The notes below the pieces were generated by a model. That model made no database searches. It was not told the DNA's origin and saw only the letters and a program-made list of their open reading frames with translations. A stretch of 64,000 nucleotides of DNA from Octopus sinensis (lineage: Eukaryota), in the NCBI RefSeq assembly GCF_006345805.1, contig NC_042997.1:138136001-138200000 (forward strand), given 5' to 3'. Shown here piece after piece: positions 54,228-64,000 of the stretch; within the stretch, counting starts at the first letter, position 1, and every line of letters begins with the position of its first letter. The position numbers were made by a program, and so were the translations under genes.

Positions 54228-54553
54228 AACTCCACCTGTCTAACACCTGTGGACATGTTTACAGCTCCCATGACTTTCGGAAACAGTTCTACATGCTAAG
54301 AGTTGCTGAAGTATGGAACAAACTGGCGGCGTCAGTTGTTAGTTGTCGGAGCACTGCATCCTTCAAAACTTCCTTGCTTCCTGAGATTCGCCAACACTAC
54401 ACCTGATTTTCTCCCCTCTATACACATGCAAGCATGTATCTGACTCATACACTATTCGCTTTCCAGACATTTGTACATTGCTGCATATGCTTTATATGCA
54501 CTTTTGACAAGTTGTGGTGCACCTGAGCACTGTATACAATAATTTCATTATTA
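54228..54553 (+). mobile_element. CR1-type LINE 3'-end-derived short element
   Basis: Encodes the tail MLRVAEVWNKL...STASFKTSLLPEIRQHYT*; a sister copy at 62191-62542 has the same 5' start. Confidence 0.75.
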
Positions 54554-55261
54554 TATAGTGCTAGTGGTCTGTTTAGCAGCGTAACAAGTGTATGTCCTGC
54601 TGGAATGATTTCGTTGATTTTTTAGCAGCTAGTTGGTTTAGCTGTGTCATCATCCATTGTTCTTCATGGTACGGCCAAACTGCTGTTATTGTTGCTATGA
54701 TGCCACAACCACTGCAGCAATGATTCCAGCTGACTTACAAGAACACTATATGCCAATGGAAAGAGAATCCTGTTTAGTTCAGTCATGAAACTAAATGATT
54801 TCATTTCATTTTGTAGTTAAATAAGTTTACAAAATAAATAAAAATAAATAAAAAATAAGTGTTTAATTGGAATTTTTTCTTGAAGCAATTGATTAAAATG
54901 AAGGTAAGTGATGTGTGTAAATGATTAGTTTAATATTTATCTTTTGTTTGGTTTTGAATTATGTGTGTTTGTGTTTGTGTGATGTGCATGTGCTTAAGTA
55001 TGTGTATATCATGTATATGTGTTTGTTGCTATGTGTGTGTATACATGAATGTGTGTGTGTATGTATGCATTGTGTGTACATGTGTATGCATGTATTTGTG
55101 TATATGTGTGTGTATGTAAGTATATATGTGTGTGTGTGTGTATGTAGGTATATATATTTGTATGTGTGTGAGTACATGTGTGTGCATGTATCTGTGTGTG
55201 TGTGTGTGTAAACAACAGGGTTAGGATTCAACAGTGTGTTTTCGGATGTTTATATCTTTCA

Positions 55262-55824
55262 TACGAGGAGGTGCTGAAATGTTCTTTGCTTTGGGTAAAA
55301 GAAAATACAAGAGGATCAGCTGCTATATTTGATGGCCTATAAGACGAACAATTGCATAGGATGCACCCCTGCGTAGGCTATACGTTTATAAAATAAATAA
55401 TCACTAAAATTATGTTTTAATTCTTTCACTTACCCTTATAACTTTATGTTATTACCAGTAATTATAAGCAATTTATTGCATCCACATTTCATATAAACAT
55501 ACCATAGGCGATTGTTCACCAATAGATGGCAGCACACGTTTTGCAAACATACATACTGTTTTGAGCAAGTTTTGAGCCTACATTGAGTGCACTGGATGCA
55601 GGGGGATTTTTTAAGCCATTTCTGGGTAAAAAAGGTGTGTCTTATAGGCCATCAAATATGGTAATTATGATTTTATTCAACATATTCCCCTCTCAGGTTC
55701 ACCCACTTATTGCAGCAGTCCTTCAGTTTTTCTAAGCCCTGTAAAAGAACTTGCAAGGTTGGGCCTCCAGCCAGCCCTTTCATGAAACCCTTAAAGCCAG
55801 GTACTTTTCAGCACCCCCTTTGTA
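55262..55824. mobile_element. mariner-type MITE interrupted by a pogo/Tigger-type MITE (55323-55661)
   Basis: Host TIRs TACGAGGAGGTGCTGAAA / TTTCAGCACCCCCTTTGTA; insert TIRs ATATTTGATGGCCTATAAGAC and its exact reverse complement; right TA TSD intact. Confidence 0.85.
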
Positions 55825-56243
55825 AATTAGCCCAAGACAAAGTTGAACACCCTTAACATTTGTAGGACAACCAAGACTGTGGACTGAAAGTGAGAAAGGA
55901 GATATAACTTGCAGGTTATTCTCAAACCAGATATTTTCTCACAATGTTTGCAGGTAGTCTCTACTAAAAGTACATAACAACCAGGTGACAATTTTAAAAA
56001 GACTGCCAGATTACATTTATTGCTTAAGAAATTCAGACTTGGCTGTGGTAAGAAGTTTGCTTCCCAACTGAATGGTTCTGGGTTCAGACTCACTGTGTGA
56101 CACCTTAGGCAGATGTCTTTTACTTAAGCCCTGAAATGACCAAATCCTTGTGAATAGATTTGGTAGATGGAAACTGAAGGAAGCCCATTGTCTCTCTCTC
56201 TCCTCTCTCTCCCTCTGTCCTCTCTCCCCCTCCCTCTGCCCCC

Positions 56244-56275
<32 letters not shown>

Positions 56276-56832
56276 GTATGTATGTATTATCTTTTATTTG
56301 TTTCAGTCATTAGACTGTGGCCATGCTGGGGCACCACCTTGAAGAATTTTTATTGAAATGAATCAACCCCAATACTGATTTATTTATTAGTCTGGTACTT
56401 ATTCTATCAGTCTCTTTTGCTGAACCACTAAGTTATGGAAGCATAAACACACCAACACTGGTTGTCAAGTGGTGATGGGAGACAAACACACATGCACACA
56501 CACACACTAGTTTCCTTTTAGTTTCTATCTATCTGTGGCTATAGCAGACGACACTTGCCCAAGTGCCAAGCAGTGTAACTGAACCTGGAACCATGTGGTT
56601 GGGAAGCAAACTTCTTACCACACACCCACATTTGCACCTTATGTATGCATCTACATGTGTGGGCTTGTGTCTCCTTGTTTTGACATCATGTGATGGTTGT
56701 GAATGAATACCAGTCATACAAGCAGTGTCATTCACTTCCAAAATTCTGAATATTCTGCAAGAACATGTCTGGCCATGGGGAAATATAACCTAGCTGGGGA
56801 AAAGATGAGCATTGGTGACAGGAAGAGCATCA

Positions 56833-57245
56833 TATTTCTTTATTGCCCACAAGGGGCTAAACATAGAGGGGACAAACAAGGACAGACAAAGGGATTAAGT
56901 CGATTACATTGACCCCAGTGCGTAACTGGTACTTAATTTATTGATCCCGAAAGGATGAAAGGCAAAGTCGACCTCAGCGGAATTTGAACTCAGAACGTAA
57001 CGGCAGACGAAATACCTATTTCTTTACTACCCACAAGGGGCTAAACATAGAGGGGACAAACAAGGACAGACAAAGGGATTAAGTTGATTACATCGACCCC
57101 AGTGCCTAACTGGTACTTAATTTATTGACCCTGAAAGGATGAAAGGCAAAGTCAACCTTGATGGAATTTGAACTCAGAACATAATGGCAGACAAAATACT
57201 GCTAAGCATTTCGCCCGGCGTGCTAATGTTTCTGCCAGCTCGCTG
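56833..57245 (-). mobile_element. Tandem dimer of SINE family B nested in another SINE-like element
   Basis: 56833-57016 is a head-truncated copy and 57017-57245 a full copy, joined at GAAATACC|TATTTC. Confidence 0.85.
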
Positions 57246-58015
57246 CTACAGGGAGCGCATCATGCTGTAGAAAACTCTGCCTCAAATATATTACTTCTGA
57301 TTCATATTTACATCGAGAAATAGACATTAAATGAAAATGAGATATCCCCAGCTGTCTTGAGACAAAACTTTGTTCATTAATCGTCTATTTTTAAAGTGGT
57401 GAGCTGGCAGAATCTTTAGCATGTTAGGTAAAATACTTAGCGATATTTTGTCTGTCTTTATGTTCTGAGTTCAAATTCCACCAAGGTTGTCTTTGCCTTT
57501 CATCCTTTTGGGCTCAATAAAATAATTACCAGTTGAGCACTGGGGTCAATGTAATTGACTTATTCCCTCCCCTGAAATTACTGGCCTTGTGTAAAAATTG
57601 GAAGCCATTATTTGTTTATTTTTATTTATCCAATCACATAACACGATTCTATCATGTGACATTTTCTGACTTCCATATTGTTTGTCTTTTAGCATAAGCC
57701 TATTTACCTAATTGTATGACACATTGACTGTATCAGGAGATGTTTTTTGTACATTGACTCATTTTATGGATTTATTCTTGTCCACCTCATGGCACTTGTT
57801 TTTAGTAGTCTTATTCATTTACACCATGGACAATTGGAATTACAGTTTACCATTTTACATTTTGTTTTGGAATTATTACAATATTTTTCGCTCTTTAATA
57901 AAATCATTATCTGAACACAATATCATTATTCTTATATTATAACAGATGATGATGATGATAATGATGGTAGAGTTACAGTCCATTTGAGTAATCTTCTACA
58001 CAGTTTCCATCTACT

Positions 58016-58370
58016 TCATCATCATCATCATTGTTCGACTGTGGTCGAGACAATGGAATTCACTATGTTACGCCAGACTTCACGGTCCATCATAGCATTA
58101 CGGAGGTCCTGTTGCTGGATGCCTGTATCCCTGGAGATTACATGAGGGTAGGAGAGTGTACGCCCTCTGGTATCGTGAGCAGATGGCTTCCAGAGAAGAG
58201 TAGAAATTACCTCGTTTTCAGTTCTACAACAATGTCCAGCAAACTGGACTCTTCTACCTTTCACAAGCGACAATACAGGTGGTAGTTTTCCATATATTTG
58301 TACTTTGGTCGGATGACGCTTCCACGAGAGATTTTGAGCTCTCCATCTACCTAGTCTTTGGCCAATTCAA
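58016..58370 (-). mobile_element. RTE-clade LINE 3' end
   Basis: AQNLSWKRHPTKVQIYGKLPPV...RRVQFAGHC...LLWKP...RGR...DTG...NAMMDREVWR; stop followed by (GAT)n. Confidence 0.8.
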
Positions 58371-59033
58371 GTCTTTGGTCAATCACAAGTCTTAGGTCAA
58401 TCACAAGTCTTAGGTCAACCCAAAGCTGTAGTAGAAGATATTTACTTGTCCAAAGTGCAGTGTTATAGGATTGAACCCAGAACCAAATGGGTGTGAACTT
58501 CTTAAACTATGTAAGCCAATTGCCTGTATCCAGTACAAATGCTGTGACAAGTAGGGGACATTGTGAGAATTTAATGAAGAGAGAAGAGATTTATAATAGC
58601 GGTCTTTTAAAATCACCATGATATATTTAAAGTAAAGAGACAATAAATATTTTTTTGAAATTATTTTGTTGAAAATATTTTTTTGAAATTATTTTGTTTT
58701 ATACAAACACCCACACACCCACACACACACACACAAATGAAGAACAAGAACATGCTAAAAATATACAGAAATCATGAGAAAGTTGAGATTGTTGAATTAA
58801 TTACCGAAGCAAATTTATTGAGTGTTTCTGTCAGACTTTTGCAGAGAATTGATCGGTTCACATCTTATGGTTTTCTAATTCTTGTTTCTTTGTCTGTTGT
58901 CAAAAATAGCTTCAGTTATTTTGAGAAAGTTTTGCGTTCAGTGCAGTCTTATTTTTTTTTCTTTCTAAAGATGCAGATAATTGGATATCTTTACAGTACA
59001 AATGTAAAGATAGATAGATAGATAGATAGGTAG

Positions 59034-59064
<31 letters not shown>

Positions 59065-60290
59065 TGTAATCCTCTACTGTACCTGATGAGATGTCAGTCT
59101 CTTAACTTATGGTTGTTACCTTCACAAACTATTTACATCAGTATTTTCTGAAGTCTGGAGCCAAGGTGAAGGAATATGGTTAGTCTTTTGGAAATTTGAC
59201 AAGAAATCACTTGCATTGAATAAATCTTCGATAGAGTAACATCATGGTAGAGAATAGAAATAAGCTACTTGTCATTCTAGTCCAACCTTCTTTTTTGATC
59301 CATGGCACAATGAATGAAGGCTCTAAAAATGTCATTGCACTTTTAAAATGTTTTATTATATTGTTTTTTAAAAAAAGAGTATTAAATTAAAATTTTTTTG
59401 GTAACAGAGATGGGTTCATGTATTGGACTTTGTACAAATGAATAGATTTGCACCTGTGTGGTGCATTAAAAACATTCATTTTTTAAAATAAATATTCAAT
59501 CATTTTCTGATTTATTTCAAAGAATTTGTGACACACTTGTGGATTATATCTGATACACAATTATATGGTTCACTGTGCCACAGTTCGTTCTTGACCAATT
59601 CTATTTACCTTCTCTCACTTACCTAATAATGTTCTTGAGAAAAGCATGAATATAAAATCCCCTTTTTACTCTCCTCTAGATCTTAAATATTGTCTTTGTA
59701 AAAAACATCAACAGAAACGTAACAAATTATTCAAGTTACCAGAGGTGCAGGGATGGCTGTATGGTAAGAAGTTTGCTTCCTAACCACATGATTTTGGGTT
59801 CAATCCCACTATGTGGCACCTTGTGACTCTAGTCCCTGGTTGACCAAAACCTTGTGAGTGGATTTTGTAGATAGAAACTGAAGGAAACTTGTCATGTGTG
59901 TGTGTGAGTGTATATACTCCCCTCTACCTTCTGCTTGACAACTGCTATCAGTTTGTTTGTAACCCTGTAACTTAGAAGTTCAGCAAAAAGAGAATCAATG
60001 GAATAAGTGCCAGAAAAGAAATAAATGAATAAATAAATAAATACTTGGGTTGATTTGTTTGACTAATGTTTGACTAAGCCCTTCAATGAGGTGCCTCGGC
60101 ATGACCACTAACTGAAACAAGTAAAAGATAAATGATAAAAGACTGTACCTGGTCAGGATCGAAACCTTAGTTGTCATGTCTGTTTGTGTCAAATGTAAAT
60201 CACATTACAAACTTTGTAAGTCTTTTCTTTCATGATTAAGATGTTAGAAGTATCAAAACCATTTATTCTCATACTCCAAATGATATAAAT

Positions 60291-60397
60291 CAGTGGTTCT
60301 CAACCATTTTTTGCCTATAGACACCACTTTGATTCTTATTTTACTCTACTGGAACTCCATAAACATTCACTGTACATAAAAAAGAATCCTACCGCAT

Positions 60398-60441
<44 letters not shown>

Positions 60442-60541
60442 TATATATGTATATGATAAGCCACTGGTTTTAATTGATTTAAATCAATTTCTACCCTTAT
60501 TATTTAATTTTATATATACATATACATATGCATATATATAT

Positions 60542-60600
<59 letters not shown>

Positions 60601-61323
60601 ATTAGGGCTTAGTAAAATAAATTACTTTGCCACATACTGAACTTAGTAGAAATAGCAGCCAAAAAAAATTTTCTTAGCATTTCTACTACTTAAAGAAAAT
60701 TTCTCTCAGATAATATATATATATATATGTATGTATATATACTAGCACTCTGTCAGTTATGATGAAGAGGGTTCCAGTTGATCCAATCGACAGAACAGCC
60801 TGCTCATGAAATTAACATGCATGTGGTTGAGCACTCTACAGACATGTGTAGCCTTAACGTAGTTCCCAGGTTGTGAATTCAAATGACAGTTTGTCCATTG
60901 GTATCCAATGATGACAAAGTTGGTGTTCTCAGTGATGAGAGTGCTGTGACTCTGTAGTCCAAAGCTGGAAGCACACATGCGCCTGCAGATGCCACAGCCA
61001 TAGTCTGTTGACAGGACTGAAGTGGATGCTGCCCTGTGATGTCTCTGTAAGAAAGCCATTCACTGTGTTTTGTCATGGAGAAAACATCATTAGTTTGCAC
61101 CATTTGTCTACAGCAAAAAATTTTCTCCATGACAAAACACACAAATGGCTTTCTTAAGGATTCAAATATGACCCAAGTATATTTCAACTGGTAATCCTGT
61201 TTTTAAAAAAGTTTTCAATATTGTGTGTATTGTAGAAGTATAAACAATTTATTGCACATAAATTTTAACAAAATAATATAAGGACCCTCCAAGGGCCATA
61301 AGGACCCCAGTTGAGATCCACTG
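60291..61323. mobile_element. hAT-type non-autonomous element with 8-bp TSD and nested insertions
   Basis: TIR CAGTGGTTCTCAAC / GTTGAGATCCACTG (13/14); TSD ATATAAAT at 60283-60290 and 61324-61331. Confidence 0.9.
60870..61050 (-). mobile_element. RTE-type LINE C-terminal zinc-finger fragment
   Basis: Minus ORF contains YGCGICRRMCASSFGLQSHS, matching the CxxC.R.C.S..GL.SH motif I recall from some RTE ORF2 C-termini. Confidence 0.6.
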
Positions 61324-62190
61324 ATATAAATAATTCATGCAAATGTTGAAATCTGCATAACTATCCAACCACTACATTTTATAGTATTGTTGTGTGGTCT
61401 GGAAGTTCACTTGTCAATCAAATAGTTTGGTTTCAGTGTAGTACCGTAAGCAAGTGTCTTCTACTATGGCCTTGTGCCATAGTCGAAGATACCTATGGAT
61501 GGATTTGGTAGATGGGAACAAAAAGAAAGCCCTGAGTATGTGTGAGTATTGTAAATTGGCATGACTGTGTGATAAGAAGCTTACTTCCCAACCACATGGT
61601 TCTGGGTTCAGTCCTACTGTGTAGCACCTTGGGTAAGTGTTTTCTACTATAGCCTTGAGCAGACCAAAGCCTTGTGAGTGGATTTGGTAGATGTAAACTG
61701 AAAGAAGCCTTTGTATATATAACTGTATATGTATATATGTTTGTTTGAGTGTATCTTTGTGTCTGTGTTTTTCCCCCCACCATCACTTGACAACTGATGT
61801 TGGTATGTTTGTGTTCCTGTGACTTAGCGGTTTGGCAAAAGTGATCGCCGATAAAATAAGTACTAGACTTCCAAAGAATAAGTCCTGGAGTTGATTCTTC
61901 AACTAAATCCTTTTAAGGCAGTGCTCCAGCATGGCTGCAGTCATATGACTGAAACAAGTAAAAGAGTAACAGTAAATATCTCTATAATAAAAAAAATGGT
62001 GTCATTTGTTTACAATCTTCTGTGAAAATATGTCCTGACATTGTGTCAGTGTTCAAATGACTAAGGGGAAATACTGATTTTAAATTTTGGTACAAAGCCA
62101 GTATTTTCGACTGATGGGGTAAGTCAATTACATCAACACTGGTGCTCGACTGGTACTTATTTTATCGATCCTGAAATGATGAAAGGCAAA

Positions 62191-62542
62191 CTCTACCTAT
62201 CTAACACCTGTGGACATGTTTACAAAGTCAGAAAACAGCACAGCTCCCATGACTTTCGGAAACGTTTCTTCATGCTAAGAGTTGCTGAAGTATGGAACAA
62301 ACTACCAGCATCAGTTGCTGGTTGTCTGAGCACTGCATCCTTCAAAACTTCCATGCTTCCTGAGATTCGCCAACACTACACCTGATTTTCTCCCCTCCAT
62401 ACACATACAAGCATGTATCTGACTCATACACTGTTCACTTTCCAGATATTTGTACATCACTGCATATGCTTTATATGCACTTTTGACAAGTTGTGGTGCA
62501 CCTGTGCACTGAATACAATAATTTCATTATTATCATTATTTT
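62191..62542 (+). mobile_element. CR1-type 3'-end element inserted into a SINE B copy
   Basis: Splits GATGAAAGGCAAA|...|AAAGTCGAGCTCGG; encodes HDFRKRFFMLRVAEVWNKLP...FKTS. Confidence 0.8.
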
Positions 62543-63139
62543 AAAGTCGAGCTCGGTGAAATTTGAACTTAGAATGTAAAGATGAATGAAATGCTGCTAA
62601 GTATTTTGCCTTGTATGCTAATGATTCTGCCAGTTCACTACCTTACTAAAGGCAAATATTATGTTGCTTGGAAAGAGGTGATGGGTGGCAACTAGGAGAA
62701 CATCTAGCAGCAGAAAATCTGCATCAACAAATCTCATCTGGCCCATGCAAGCATGGAAAAGTGGACATTGAATCAATGATAATAATGATGATAATGTGAA
62801 ATAAAAAAAAAGGAATATTTTTTTGTTTTTGTGAAAGCCTGTTGTCTATTCACGCTCATGCACGCATGCACACACACACACACATGTATGTATATATGTA
62901 TGTGTGCACGTCTTTGTGTTTGTGTTTGTCCTCTACCACTGTTTGACAACCATTGTTGGTTTGTTTACATCGCTTTAACATAGTTTAGCAAAAGAGAACA
63001 ATTGAATAAGTATCAGGCTTGAAAATTAAATTTTGAGTTCGATTTATTCAACTAAACCCTTCAAAATTATTATTTCAATATAGTTGCAGTCCAGTGACTG
63101 AAACAAGTAGAAGATAAAAGATAATATTAAAAGAGTAAA

Positions 63140-63473
63140 AAAACCTCCTTCAGTCATGAAAGACTATGAGATTGCAGCTAGAAAGTTCCCCTCTGAGGCA
63201 CAAGTCCAGGCAAGGTTGTTTATGGAAAACTAGCAGTCACCCATACATACTAGCCTCCACCTCTCTATGCCACTGATGTTATCCAAGGGAAAGGCAAAGG
63301 CCAATACAGCTTGGCACCAGTGATGTCACAACTCATTTGTACAGCTGAGTGAACTGGAGCAATGTGAAATGAAGTGCCTTGCTCAAGAATACAACACACA
63401 GCCCGATTAAGGAATTAAATTCACTACTTCATGATTGTAAGCTCAATGCTCTAACCATAGCCATGTGCCTTCA
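63140..63473 (-). mobile_element. tRNA-derived SINE family D
   Basis: Reverse complement of 5399-5720. Confidence 0.8.
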
Positions 63474-64000
63474 TCAAGAAAAAAAAGTCAGTGGTCAGTT
63501 ATTGCAGTCATTTCTATTGCTACAAATCTGGTTTTGATTGTTGGCAGGAATTATTTCACTTCACTTATGATATTTATACCAGTTTTTAGGGTGGGCATGG
63601 GAAGTATAAATGTCATAATAGCTCATATTTTTTTACTGTAACATTCTTAGTTTTCTTTCGATATTAGAAGCAGTCATGATGAATGACTAATTCATGATTA
63701 AGATCAGTATGAAATGTCATGTGGAATTCATCATCATTGTCATACCATCCCATCCCTACCCCCACTATCCCCACCCCCATCATCATCATCTCATTTTCCA
63801 TGTTTGCATGGGTTGGACAAGATTTATTTGAGGCCGACCCTCACCTGTTTCCAAGTGAGGTAATATTCTTTTTTTTTTATTTATGTGTTCTTTTCATGGG
63901 CCTGGTTTCTCAGTTTCTGTGGCGTATGTGTTCCCCCCAGCTGGATGGGATGCCAGTCCATTGCAGTGTTACTCAAGAAACAAGAAGAAAGAGTGAGAGA

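Noticed and set aside
58376-58710. Short tandem duplications (20 bp at ~58376-58420; ~28 bp at ~58650-58705)
   Set aside because: Ordinary slippage duplications with no further structure.
59073-59100. CTGATGA followed by a small stem (possible hammerhead)
   Set aside because: No GAAA after stem II and no stems I/III. The same applies to CTGATGA hits near 853, 10526, 21068, 24062 and 29272.

Overview
AT-rich, microsatellite- and transposon-dense eukaryotic (animal) genomic DNA. The repeat landscape looks like an octopod cephalopod; this is an inference from recalled Octopus-type SINE/RTE sequences, not a database result. The only host gene I can support is the 3' ~75% of COG4 (conserved oligomeric Golgi complex subunit 4) on the + strand: 17 GT-AG coding exons from 1452 to the stop at 31701-31703, with phases that join into one 1787-nt frame. 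The N-terminal exons lie upstream of the window. The rest is intronic or intergenic and contains tRNA-derived SINEs, RTE- and CR1/L2-group LINE remnants, Helitron, mariner, pogo, hAT and piggyBac-type elements, a decayed NAC-alpha (NACA) retrocopy, and several long fold-back hairpins. The most notable signal is a young, CpG-rich element cluster at ~43-54 kb. It holds three type-I hammerhead ribozyme motifs from two sequence families: complete folds at 44239-44293 (-) and 50991-51038 (+), and a copy at 50461 lacking the 5' strand of stem I. All sit in (TA)n tracts beside two RT-only LINE copies whose 3' stem-loop is shared with the dominant SINE. All repeat boundaries were read by eye and are approximate unless TSDs or TIRs are quoted.
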